From: Eledone cirrhosa
Lineage: Eukaryota
NCBI GenBank assembly: GCA_964016885.1
Contig: OZ024745.1
Span: 71,238,001-71,302,000, forward strand
Length of the DNA stretch: 64,000 bases
Direction: 5' to 3'
This document shows, one piece after another, positions 1 to 16,130 of this stretch (positions are counted from its first letter, which is position 1; the number at the start of each line of letters is the position of its first letter). The position numbers and the translations under genes are program-made. The notes beneath the pieces are model-generated. The model worked only from the letters and a program-made list of their open reading frames with translations, was not told the origin of the DNA and ran no database searches.

Positions 1-3000
1 CTACTGTCATCACCATTAACACTACTGTCATCACCATTAACACTACTGTCATCACCATTAACACTACTGTCATCACCATTAACACTACTGTCATCACCAT
101 TAACACTACTGTCAACACCATTAACACTACTGTCATCACCATTAACACTACTGTCACCACCATTAACACTACTGTCAACACCATTAACACTACTGTCATC
201 ACCATTAACACTACTGTCACCACCATTAGCACTACTGTCATCACCATTAACACTACTGTCAACACCATTAACACTACTGTCATCACCATTAACACTACTG
301 TCATCACCATTAACACTACTGTCATCACCATTAACACTACTGTCAACACCGTTAACACTACTGTCATCACCATTAACACTACTGTCACCACCATTAGCAC
401 TACTGTCATCACCATTAACACTACTGTCAACACCATTAACACTGCTGTCACCACCATTAACACTACTGTCATCACCATTAACACTACTGTCACCACCATT
501 AGCACTACTGTCATCACCATTAACACTACTGTCAACACCATTAACACTGCTGTCACCACCATTAACACTACTGTCATCACCATTAACACTACTGTCACCA
601 CCATTAACACTACTGTCATCACCATTAACACTACTGTCCATCACCATTAACACTACTGTCATCACCATTAACACTACTGTCATCACCATTAACACTGCTG
701 TCATCACCATTAACACTACTGTCATCACCATTAACACTACTGTCATCACCATTAACACTACTGTCACCACCATTAACACTACTGTCAACACCATTAACAC
801 TACTGTCATCACCATTAACACTACTGTCACCACCATTAGCACTACTGTCATCACCATTAACACTGCTGACATCACCATTATCACTACTGTCACCACCATT
901 AACACTACTGTCATCACCATTAACACTACTGTCAGCACCATTAGCACTACTGTCATCACCATTAACACTACTGTCATCACCATTAACACTACTGTCATCA
1001 CCATTAACACTACTGTCATCACCATTAACACTACTGTCATCACCACTAACACTACTGTCATCACCATTAACACTACTGTCATCACCATTAACACTATTGT
1101 CATCACCACTAACACTACTGTCATCACCATTAACACTACTGTCACCACCATTAGCACTACTGTCATCACCATTAACACTGCTGACATCACCATTATCACT
1201 ACTGTCACCACCATTAACACTACTGTCATCACCATTAACACTACTGTCAGCACCATTAGCACTACTGTCATCACCATTAACACTACTGTCATCACCATTA
1301 ACACTACTGTCATCACCATTAACACTACTGTCATCACCATTAACACTACTGTCATCACCATTAACACTACTGTCATCACCATTAACACTACTGTCATCAC
1401 CATTAACACTATTGTCATCACCACTAACACTACTGTCATCACCATTAACACTACTGTCACCACCATTAGCACTACTGTCATCACCATTAACACTGCTGAC
1501 ATCACCATTATCACTACTGTCACCACCATTAACACTACTGTCATCACCATTAACACTACTGTCAGCACCATTAGCACTACTGTCATCACCATTAACACTA
1601 CTGTCATCACCATTAACACTACTGTCATCACCATTAACACTACTGTCATCACCATTAACACTACTGTCATCACCACTAACACTACTGTCATCACCATTAA
1701 CACTACTGTCATCACCATTAACACTATTGTCATCACCACTAACACTACTGTCATCACCATTAACACTGCTGTCATCACCAATAACACGACGGTCATCACC
1801 ATTAACACTACTGTCATCACCATTAACACTACTGTCATCACCATTAACACTACTGTCATCACCATTAACACTACTGTCATCACCATTGACACTACTGTCA
1901 ACACCATTAACACTACTGTCATCACCATTAACACTACTGTCACCACCATTAGCACTACTGTCATCACCATTAACACTACTGTCTTCACCATTAACACTAC
2001 TGTCATCACCATTAACACTACTGTCAACACCATTAACACTAATGTCATCACCATTAACACTGCTGTCATCACCATTAACACTACTGTCATCACCATTTAC
2101 ACTACTGTCAACACCATTAACACTACTGTCATCACCATTAACACTAATGTCATCACCATTAACACTGCTGTCATCACCATTAACACTACTGTCATCACCA
2201 TTTACACTACTGTCAACACCATTAACACTACTGTCTTCACCATTAACACTACTGTCAACACCATTAACACTAATGTCATCACCATTAACACTGCTGTCAT
2301 CACCATTAACACTACTGTCATCACCATTTACACTACTGTCAACACCATTAACACTACTGTCTTCACCATTAACACTGCTGTCATCACCATTAACACTACT
2401 GTCAACACCATTAACACTACTGTCATCACCATTAACACTACTGTCATCACCATTAACACTACTGTCATCACCATTAACACTACTGTCAACACCATTAACA
2501 CTACTGTCATCACCATTAACACTGCTGTCATAACCATTAACACTACTGTCATCACCATTAACACTACTGTCATCACCAATAACACTACTGTCAACACCAT
2601 TAACACTACTGTCATCACAATTAACACTGCTGTCATCACCATTAACACTACTGTCATCACCATTAACACTACTGTCATCACCATTAACACTGCTGTCATC
2701 ACCATTAACACTGCTGTCATCACCATTAACACTACTGTCATCACCATTATCACTACTGTCATCACCATTAACACTACTGTCATCACCATTAACACTACTA
2801 TCAACACCATTATCACTACTGTCGTCACCATTAACACTACTGTCATCACCATTAACACTACTGTCATCACCATTAACACTACTGTCATCACCATTAACAC
2901 TACTGTCATCACCATTAACACTACTGTCATCACCATTAACACTACTGTCATCACCTTTAACACTACTGTCCTCACCATTATCACTACTGTCATCACCATT

Positions 3001-5348
3001 AACACTACTGTCATCACCATTAACACTACTGTCATCACCATTAACACTACTGTCATCACCATTAACACTACTGTCATCACCATTAACACTACTGTCATCA
3101 CCATTAACACTGCTGTCACCACCATTAACACTACTGTCATCACCATTAACACTACTGTCATCACCATTAACACTACTGTCATCACCATTAACACTGCTGT
3201 CATCACCATTAACACTACTGTCATCACCATTAACACTACTGTCATCACCATTAACACTACTGTCATCACCATTAACACTACTGTCATCACCATTAACACT
3301 GCTGTCACCACCATTAACACTACTGTCATCACCATTAACACTACTGTCATCACCATTAACACTACTGTCATCACCATTAACACTGCTGTCAACACAATTA
3401 ACACTACTGTCATCACCATTAACACTACTGTCATCACCATTAACACTACTGTCAACACCATTAACACTACTGTCATCACCATTAACACTGCTGTCAACAC
3501 CATTAACACTGCTGTCATCACCATTAACACTGCTGTCATCACCATTAACACTACTGTCATCACCATTAACACTACTGTCAACACCATTAACACTGCTGTC
3601 ATAACCATTAACACTGCTGTCAACACCATTAACACTACTGTCATCACCATTAACACTACTGTCAACACCATTAACACTACTGTCATCACCATTATCACTA
3701 CTGTCATCACCATTAACACTACTATCATCACCATTAACACTACTGTCATCACCATTAACACTGCTGTCATCACCATTAACACTACTGTCATCACCATTAA
3801 CACTGCTGTCATCACAATTAACGCTACTGCCATCACTATTAACAATGCTGTCAACACCATTAACACTACTGTCATCACCATAAACACTACTGTCAACACT
3901 ATTAACACTACTGTCATCACCATTATCACTACTGTCATCACCATTAACACTACTGTCAACACCATTAACACTACTGCCATCACCATTAACACTGCTGTCA
4001 TCACCATTAACACTGCTGCCATCACCATTAACACTACTGTCATCATCAATAACACTGCTGTCATCAACATCAACACTACTGTCATCACCATTAACACTGC
4101 TGTCATCACCATTAACACTGCTGTCATCACCATTAACACTGCTGTCAACACCATTAACACTACTGTCATCACCAATAACACTGCTGTCATCACCATTAAC
4201 ACTACTGTCAACACCAGTAACACTGCTGTCATCACCATTAACACTACTGTCAACACCATTAACACTACTGTCATCACCATTAACGCTGCTGTCATCATCA
4301 TTAACACTACTGTCATCACCATTAACACTTCTGTCATCACCATTAACACTACTGTCATCACCATTAACACTACTGTCAACAGCATTAACACTACTGTCAT
4401 CACCATTAACACTGCTGTCATCACCATTAACACTAATGTCATCACCATTAACACTGCTGTCATCACCATTAACACTACTGTCATCACCATTAACACTACT
4501 GTCAACAGCATTAACACTACTGTCATCACCATTAACACTGCTGTCATCACCATTAACACTAATGTCATCACCATTAACACTGCTGTCATCACCATTAACA
4601 CTACTGTCATCACCATTAACACTAATGTCATCACCATTAACACTACTGTCATCACCATTAACACTACTGTCAACACCATTAACACTACTGTCATTACCAT
4701 TAACACTGCTGTCATCACCATTAACACTACTGTCATCACCATTAACACTACTGTCATCACCATTTACACTACTGTCATCACCATTATCACTACTGTCATC
4801 ACCATTAACACTACTGTCATCACCATTGACACTACTGTCATCACCATTAACACTACTGTCATCACCACTAACACTACTGTCATCACCATTTACACTACTG
4901 TCATCACCATTATCACTACTGTCATCACCATTAACACTGCTGTCATCACCATTAACACTACTGTCATCACCATTAACACTGCTGTCATCACCATTAACGC
5001 TAATGTCATCACCATTAACACTGCTGTCAACACCATTAACACTACTGTCATCACCATTAACACTACTGTCAACACCATTAACACTACTGTCATCACCATT
5101 AACACTGCTGTCAACACCATTAACACTACTGTCATCACCATTAACACTACTGTCAACACCATTAACACTACTGTCATCACCATTAACACTGCTCTCAACA
5201 CCATTAACACTACTGTCATCACCATTAACACTACTGTCATCACCATTAACACTGCTGTCAACACCATTAACACTACTGTCATCACCAATAACACTACTGT
5301 CCTCACCATTAACAATACTGTCATCACCATTAACACTGCTGTCATCAC
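1..5348. repeat. Higher-order block copy 1 (~5.3 kb), duplicated at ~22934-28260
   Basis: Rare markers recur at offset 22933 (1092 units + 1): ccGttaac 351/23284, +C insertion 638/23571, acGacGg 1788/24721. The offset becomes 22912 after a one-unit difference (matching ORFs 2328..4763 and 25240..27675). Confidence 0.9.
821..1765. repeat. 15-unit (315 bp) higher-order repeat x3; the same triplet recurs at ~23754-24698
   Basis: Marker gctgAcatcaccattatc at 869, 1184 and 1499 (spacing 315). Each copy carries the gtcagcaccattagc and actattgtcatcaccact variants. Confidence 0.92.
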
Positions 5349-8300
5349 TATTAACACTACTGTCATCACCATTAACACTACTGTCATCACCTTTAACACT
5401 ACTGTCATCACCATTAACACTACTGTCATCACCATTAACACTGCTGTCAACACCATTAACACTACTGTCATCACCATTAACACTACTGTCATCACCATTA
5501 ACACTACTGTCAACACCATTAACACTACTGTCTTCACCATTAACACTGCTGTCAACACCATTAACACTGCTGTCAACACCATTAACACTACTGTCATCAT
5601 CATTAACACTACTGTCATCACCATTAACACTACTGTCATCACCATTAACACTACTGTCAACACCATTAACATTGCTTACATCACCATTAACACTGCTGTC
5701 AACACCATTAACACTACTGTCATCACCATTAACACTACTGTCAACACCATTAACACTACTGTCATCACAATTAACACTACTGTCATCACCATTAACACTA
5801 CTGTCATCACCATTAACACTACTGTCATCACCATTAACACTACTGTCAACACTATTAACACTACTGTCATCACCATTATCACTACTGTCATCACCATTAA
5901 CACTGCTGTCATCACCATTAACACTGCTGTCAACACCATTAACACTACTGTCATCACCATTAACACTACTGTCATCACCATTAACACTACTGTCAACATC
6001 ATTAACACTACTGTCATCACCATTAACACTGCTGTCAACACCATTAACACTGCTGTCATCACCATTAACACTACTGTCATCACCATTAACACTACTGTCA
6101 TCACCATTAACACTGCTGTCATCACCATTAACACTGCTGTCATCACCATTAACAGTACTGTCATCACCATTATCACTACTGTCATCACCATTAACACTAC
6201 TGTCATCACCATTAACACTACTATCAACACCATTATCACTACTGTCGTCACCATTAACACTACTGTCATCACCATTAACACTACTGTCATCACCATTAAC
6301 ACTACTGTCATCACCATTAACACTACTGTCATCACCATTAACACTACTGTCATCACCATTAACACTACTGTCATCACCTTTAACACTACTGTCCTCACCA
6401 TTATCACTACTGTCATCACCATTAACACTACTGTCATCACCATTAACACTACTGTCATCACCATTAACACTACTGTCATCACCATTAACACTACTGTCAT
6501 CACCATTAACACTACTGTCATCACCATTAACACTACTGTCATCACCATTAACACTACTGTCATCACCATTAACACTGTTGTCACCACCATTAACACTACT
6601 GTCATCACCATTAACACTACTGTCATCACCATTAACACTACTGTCATCACCATTAACACTGCTGTCAACACAATTAACACTACTGTCATCACCATTAACA
6701 CTACTGTCATCACCATTAACACTACTGTCAACACCATTAACACTACTGTCATCACCATTAACACTGCTGTCAACACCATTAACACTGCTGTCATCACCAT
6801 TAACACTGCTGTCATCACCATTAACACTACTGTCATCACCATTAACACTACTGTCAACACCATTAACACTGCTGTCATAACCATTAACACTGCTGTCAAC
6901 ACCATTAACACTACTGTCATCACCATTAACACTACTGTCAACACCATTAACACTACTGTCATCACCATTATCACTACTGTCATCACCATTAACACTACTG
7001 TCATCACCATTAACACTACTGTCATCACCATTAACACTGCTGTCATCACCATTAACACTACTGTCATCACCATTAACACTGCTGTCATCACAATTAACGC
7101 TACTGCCATCACTATTAACAATGCTGTCAACACCATTAACACTACTGTCATCACCATAAACACTACTGTCAACACTATTAACACTACTGTCATCACCATT
7201 ATCACTACTGTCATCACCATTAACACTACTGTCAACACCATTAACACTACTGTCATCACCATTAACACTGCTGTCAACACCATTAACACTGCTGTCATCA
7301 CCATTAACACTACTGTCATCACCATTAACACTACTGACAACACCATTAATACTACTGTCATCACCATTAACACTGCTGTCAACACCATTAACACTGCTGT
7401 CATCACCATTAACACTACTGTCATCACCATTAACACTGCTGTCAACACCATTAACACTACTGTCATCACCATTAACACTGCTGTCATCACCATTAACACT
7501 ACTGTCATCACCATTAACACTACTGTCATCACCATTAACACTGCTGTCATCACCATTAACACTGCTGCCATCACCATTAACACTACTGTCATCATCAATA
7601 ACACTGCTGTCATCAACATCAACACTACTGTCATCACCATTAACACTGCTGTCATCACCATTAACACTGCTGTCATCACCATTAACACTGCTGTCAACAC
7701 CATTAACACTACTGTCATCACCAATAACACTGCTGTCATCACCATTAACACTACTGTCAACACCAGTAACACTGCTGTCATCACCATTAACACTACTGTC
7801 AACACCATTAACACTACTGTTATCACCATTAACGCTGCTGTCATCATCATTAACACTACTGTCATCACCATTAACACTTCTGTCATCACCATTAACACTA
7901 CTGTCATCACCATTAACACTACTGTCAACAGCATTAACACTACTGTCATCACCATTAACACTGCTGTCATCACCATTAACACTAATGTCATCACCATTAA
8001 CACTGCTGTCATCACCATTAACACTACTGTCATCACCATTAACACTACTGTCAACAGCATTAACACTACTGTCATCACCATTAACACTGCTGTCATCACC
8101 ATTAACACTAATGTCATCACCATTAACACTGCTGTCATCACCATTAACACTACTGTCATCACCATTAACACTAATGTCATCACCATTAACACTACTGTCA
8201 TCACCATTAACACTACTGTCAACACCATTAACACTACTGTCATTACCATTAACACTGCTGTCATCACCATTAACACTACTGTCATCACCATTAACACTAC

Positions 8301-11099
8301 TGTCATCACCATTTACACTACTGTCATCACCATTATCACTACTGTCATCACCATTAACACTACTGTCATCACCATTAACACTACTGTCATCACCATTAAC
8401 ACTACTGTCATCACCACTAACACTACTGTCATCACCATTTACACTACTGTCATCACCATTATCACTACTGTCATCACCATTAACACTGCTGTCATCACCA
8501 TTAACACTACTGTCATCACCATTAACACTGCTGTCATCACCATTAACGCTAATGTCATCACCATTAACACTGCTGTCAACACCATTAACACTACTGTCAT
8601 CACCATTAACACTACTGTCAACACCATTAACACTACTGTCATCACCATTAACACTGCTGTCAACACCATTAACACTACTGTCATCACCATTAACACTACT
8701 GTCAACACCATTAACACTACTGTCATCACCATTAACACTGCTCTCAACACCATTAACACTACTGTCATCACCATTAACACTACTGTCATCACCATTAACA
8801 CTGCTGTCAACACCATTAACACTACTGTCATCACCAATAACACTACTGTCCTCACCATTAACAATACTGTCATCACCATTAACACTGCTGTCATCACTAT
8901 TAACACTACTGTCATCACCATTAACACTACTGTCATCACCTGTAACACTACTGTCATCACCATTAACACTACTGTCATCACCATTAACACTGCTGTCAAC
9001 ACCATTAACACTACTGTCATCACCATTAACACTACTGTCATCACCATTAACACTACTGTCAACACCATTAACACTGCTGTCATCACCATTAACACTACTG
9101 TCATCACCATTAACACTACTGTCATCACCATTAACACTACTGTCATCACCATTAACACTGCTGTCATCACCATTAACACTACTGTCATCACCATTAACAC
9201 TACTGTCAACACCATTAACACTGCTGTCATCACCATTAACACTACTGTCATCACCATTAACACTACTGTCATCACCATTAACACTACTGTCATCACCATT
9301 AACACTACTGTCATCACCATTAACACTGCTGTCATCACCATTAACACTACTGTCATCACCATTAACACTACTGTCAACACCATTAACACTGCTGTCATCA
9401 CCATTAACACTACTGTCATCACCATTAACACTGCTGTCATCACCATTAACACTACTGTCATCACCATTAACACTGCTGTCATCACCATTAACACTACTGT
9501 CATCACCATTAACACTACTGTCATCACCACTAACACTACTGTCATCACCATTAACACTAGTGTCATCACCATTAACACTACTGTCATCACCATTAACACT
9601 ACTGTCATCACCATTAACACTACTGTCATCACCACTAACACTACTGTCATCACCACTAACACTACTGTCATCACCATTAACACTACTGTCATCACCATTA
9701 ATACTACTGTCATCACCATTAACACTACTGTCATCACCACTAACACTACTGTCATCACCATTAACACTAGTGTCATCACCATTAACACTACTGTCATCAC
9801 CATTAACACTACTGTCATCACCATTAACACTACTGTCATCACCATTAACACTACTGTCATCACCATTAACACTACTGTCATCAACACTAACACTACTGTC
9901 ATCACCATTAACACTACTGTCATCACCATTAACACTACTGTCATCACCATTAACACTACTGTCATCACCACTAACACTACTGTCATCACCATTATCACTA
10001 CTGTCATCACCATTAACACTACTGTCATCACCATTAACACTGCTGTCATCACCACTAACACTACTGTCATCACCATTATCACTACTGTCATCACCATTAA
10101 CACTACCGTCATCACCATTAACACTACTGTCATCACCATTAACACTACTGTCATCACCATTAACACTACTGTCATCACCTTTAACACTACTGTCATCACC
10201 ATTAACACTACTGTCATCACCATTAACACTGCTGTCAACATCATTAACACTACTGTCATCACCATTAACACTACTGTCATCACCATTAACACTACTGTCA
10301 ACACCATTAACACTACTGTCTTCACCATTAACACTGCTGTCAACACCATTAACACTGCTGCCATCACCATTAACACTGCTGTCATCACCATTAACACTAC
10401 TGTCATCACCATTAACACTACTGTCATCACCATTAACACTACTGTCATCACCATTAACACTACTGTCATCACCATTAACACTACTGTCATCACCATTAAC
10501 ACTACTGTCATCACCATTAACACTACTGTCAACACCATTAACACTACTGTCATCACCAATAACACTGCTGTCAACACCATTAACCCTGCTGTCATCACCA
10601 TTAACACTGCTGTCATCACAATTAACGCTACTGCCATCACTATTAACAATGCTGTCAACACCATTAACACTACTATCATCACCATAAACACTACTGTCAA
10701 CACTATTAACACTACTGTCATCACCATTATCACTACTGTCATCACCATTAACACTACTGTCAACACCATTAACACTACTGTCATCACCATTAACACTGCT
10801 GTCAACACCATTAACACTGCTGTCATCACCATTAACACTACTGTCATCACCATTAACACTACTGACAACACCATTAATACTACTGTCATCACCATTAACA
10901 CTGCTGCCAACACCATTAACACTGCTGTCATCACCATTAACACTACTGTCATCACCATTAACACTGCTGCCAACACCATTAACACTACTGTCATCACCAT
11001 TAACACTGCTGTCATCACCATTAACACTACTGTCATCACCATTAACACTACTGTCATCACCATTAACACTGCTGTCATCACCATTAACACTGCTGTCAT

Positions 11100-14000
11100 C
11101 ACCATTAACACTGCTGACATCACCATTAACACTACTGCCATCACCATTAACACTGCTGTCATCACCATTAACACTGCTGCCATCACCATTAACACTACTG
11201 TCATCATCAATAACACTGCTGTCATCAACATCAACACTACTGTCATCACCATTAACACTGCTGTCATCACCATTAACACTGCTGTCATCACCATTAACAC
11301 TGCTGTCAACACCATTAACACTACTGTCATCACCAATAACACTGCTGTCATCACCATTAACACTACTGTCAACACCAGTAACACTGCTGTCATCACCATT
11401 AACACTACTGTCAACACCATTAACACTACTGTCATCACCATTAACGCTGCTGTCATCATCATTAACACTACTGTGATCACCATTAACACTTCTGTCATCA
11501 CCATTAACACTACTGTCATCACCATTAACACTACTGTCAACAGCATTAACACTACTGTCATCACCATAAACACTGCTGTCATCACCATTAACACTAATGT
11601 CATCACCATTAACACTGCTGTCATCACCATTAACACTACTGCCATCACCATTAACACTACTGTCAACAGCATTAACACTACTGTCATCACCATTAACACT
11701 GCTGTCATCACCATTAACACTAATGTCATCACCATTAACACTGCTGTCATCACCATTAACACTACTGTCATCACCATTAACACTAATGTCATCACCATTA
11801 ACACTACTGTCATCACCATTAACACTACTGTCAACACCATTAACACTACTGTCATTACCATTAACACTGCTGTCATCACCATTAACACTACTGTCATCAC
11901 CATTAACACTACTGTCATCACCATTTACACTACTGTCATCACCATTATCACTACTGTCATCACCATTAACACTACTGTCATCACCATTAACACTACTGTC
12001 ATCACCATTAACACTACTGTCATCACCACTAACACTACTGTCATCACCATTTACACTACTGTCATCACCATTATCACTACTGTCATCACCATTAACACTG
12101 CTGTCATCACCATTAACACTACTGTCATCACCATTAACACTGCTGTCATCACCATTAACGCTAATGTCATCACCATTAACACTGCTGTCAACACCATTAA
12201 CACTACTGTCATCACCATTAACACTACTGTCAACACCATTAACACTACTGTCATCACCATTAACACTGCTGTCAACACCATTAACACTACTGTCATCACC
12301 ATTAACACTACTGTCAACACCATTAACACTACTGTCATCACCATTAACACTGCTCTCAACACCATTAACACTACGGTCATCACCATTAACACTACTGTCA
12401 TCACCATTAACACTGCTGTCAACACCATTAACACTACTGTCATCACCAATAACACTACTGTCCTCACCATTAACAATACTGGCATCACCATTAACACTGC
12501 TGTCATCACTATTAACACTACTGTCATCACCATTAACACTACTGTCATCACCTGTAACACTACTGTCATCACCATTAACACTACTGTCATCACCATTAAC
12601 ACTGCTGTCAACACCATTAACACTACTGTCATCACCATTAACACTACTGTCATCACCATTAACACTACTGTCAACACCATTAACACTACTGTCTTCACCA
12701 TTAACACTGCTGTCAACACCATTAACACTGCTGTCAACACCATTAACACTACTGTCATCATCATTAACACTACTGTCATCACCATTAACACTACTGCCAT
12801 CACCATTAACACTGATGTCAACACCATTAACACTACTGTCATCAGCATTAACACTACTGTCATCACCATTAACACTGCTGTCATCACCATTAACACTACT
12901 GTCATCACCATTAACACTGCTGTCATCACCATTAACACTACTGTCATCACCATTAACACTACTGTCAACACCATTAACACTGCTGTCATCACCATTAACA
13001 CTACTGTCATCACCATTAACACTACTGTCATCACCATTAACACTACTGTCATCACCATTAACACTGCTGTCATCACCATTAACACTACTGTCATCACCAT
13101 TAACACTACTGTCAACACCATTAACACTGCTGTCATCACCATTAACACTACTGTCATCACCATTAACACTACTGTCATCACCATTAACACTGCTGTCATC
13201 ACCATTAACACTACTGTCATCACCATTAACACTACTGTCAACACCATTGACACTGCTGTCATCACCATTAACACTACTGTCATCACCATTAACACTGCTG
13301 TCATCACCATTAACACTACTGTCATCACCATTAACACTGCTGTCATCACCATTAACACTACTGTCATCACCATTAACACTACTGTCATCACCACTAACAC
13401 TACTGTCATCACCATTAACACTAGTGTCATCACCATTAACACTACTGTCATCACCATTAACACTACTGTCATCACCATTAACACTACTGTCATCACCACT
13501 AACACTACTGTCATCACCACTAACACTACTGTCATCACCATTAACACTACTGTCATCACCATTAATACTACTGTCATCACCATTAACACTACTGTCATCA
13601 CCACTAACACTACTGTCATCACCATTAACACTAGTGTCATCACCATTAACACTACTGTCATCACCATTAACACTACTGTCATCACCATTAACACTACTGT
13701 CATCACCATTAACACTACTGTCATCACCATTAACACTACTGTCATCACCACTAACACTACTGTCATCACCATTAACACTACTGTCATCACCATTAACACT
13801 ACTGTCATCACCATTAACACTACTGTCATCACCACTAACACTACTGTCATCACCATTATCACTACTGTCATCACCATTAACACTACTGTCATCACCATTA
13901 ACACTGCTGTCATCACCACTAACACTACTGTCATCACCATTATCACTACTGTCATCACCATTAACACTACCGTCATCACCATTAACACTACTGTCATCAC

Positions 14001-14590
14001 CATTAACACTACTGTCATCACCATTAACACTACTGTCATCACCTTTAACACTACTGTCATCACCATTAACACTACTGTCATCACCATTAACACTGCTGTC
14101 AACATCATTAACACTACTGTCATCACCATTAACACTACTGTCATCACCATTAACACTACTGTCAACACCATTAACACTACTGTCTTCACCATTAACACTG
14201 CTGTCAACACCATTAACACTGCTGCCATCACCATTAACACTGCTGTCATCACCATTAACACTACTGTCATCACCATTAACACTACTGTCATCACCATTAA
14301 CACTACTGTCATCACCATTAACACTACTGTCATCACCATTAACACTACTGTCATCACCATTAACACTACTGTCATCACCATTAACACTACTGTCAACACC
14401 ATTAACACTACTGTCATCACCAATAACACTGCTGTCAACACCATTAACCCTGCTGTCATCACCATTAACACTGCTGTCATCACCATTAACACTACTGTCA
14501 TCACCATTAACACTACTCTCAACACCATTAACACTGCTGTCATCACCATTAACAATGCTGTCAACACCATTAACACTACTGTCATCACCA
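11100..14590. repeat. ~3.5 kb block duplicated at ~17673-21163 (offset 6573 = 313 units)
   Basis: Markers gctgAcatc 11117/17690, cctGtaac 12554/19127 and aacaatgc 14551/21124 all share offset 6573. Confidence 0.88.
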
Positions 14591-16130
14591 TTAACACTAC
14601 TGTCATCACCATTAACACTACTGTCATCACCATTAACACTACTGTCATCACCATTAACACTACTGTCATCACCATTAACACTACTGTCATCACCATTAAC
14701 ACTGCTGTCATCACCATTAACACTACTGTCATCACCATTAACACTGCTGTCATCACCATTAACGCTACTGTCATCACCATTAACACTGCTGTCAACACCA
14801 TTAACACTACTGTCATCACCATTAACACTACTGTCAACACCATTAACACTATTGTCATCACCATTAACACTGCTGTCAACACCATTAACACTACTGTCAT
14901 CACCATTAACACTACTGTCAACACCATTAACACTACTGTCATCACCATTAACACTGCTCTCAACACCATTAACACTACTGTCATCACCATTAACACTACT
15001 GTCATCACCATTAACACTGCTGTCAACACCATTAACACTACTGTCATCACCAATAACACTACTGTCCTCACCATTAACAATACTGTCATCACCATTAACA
15101 CTGCTGTCATCACTATTAACACTACTGTCATCACCATTAACACTACTGTCATCACCTTTAACACTACTGTCATCACCATTAACACTACTGTCATCACCAT
15201 TAACACTGCTGTCAACACCATTAACACTACTGTCATCACCATTAACACTACTGTCATCACCATTAACACTACTGTCATCACCATTAACACTGCTGTCATC
15301 ACCATTAACACTGCTGTCATCAACATTAACACTGCTGACATCACCATTAACACTACTGCCATCACCATTAACACTGCTGTCATCACCATTAACACTGCTG
15401 CCATCACCATTAACACTACTGTCATCATCAATAACACTGCTGTCATCAACATCAACACTACTGTCATCACCATTAACACTGCTGTCATCAACATTAACAC
15501 TGCTGTCATCACCATTAACACTGCTGTCAACACCATTAACACTACTGTCATCACCAATAACACTGCTGTCATCACCATTAACACTACTGTCAACACCAGT
15601 AACACTGCTGTCATCACCATTAACACTACTGTCAACACCATTAACACTACTGTCATCACCATTAACGCTGCTGTCATCATCATTAACACTACTGTCATCA
15701 CCATTAACACTTCTGTCATCACCATTAACACTACTGTCATCACCATTAACACTACTGTCAACAGCATTAACACTACTGTCATCACCATAAACACTGCTGT
15801 CATCACCATTAACACTAATGTCATCACCATTAACACTGCTGTCATCACCATTAACACTACTGCCATCACCATTAACACTACTGTCAACAGCATTAACACT
15901 ACTGTCATCACCATTAACACTGCTGTCATCACCATTAACACTAATGTCATCACCATTAACACTGCTGTCATCACCATTAACACTACTGTCATCACCATTA
16001 ACACTAATGTCATCACCATTAACACTACTGTCATCACCATTAACACTACTGTCAACACCATTAACACTACTGTCATTACCATTAACACTGCTGTCATCAC
16101 CATTAACACTACTGTCATCACCATTAACAC
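14430..16130. repeat. ~1.7 kb block duplicated at ~16782-18482 (offset 2352 = 112 units)
   Basis: Marker taacCctgc at 14449/16801. Paired catcaacatt variants and matching ORF starts 15818/18170 share the same offset. Confidence 0.85.
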
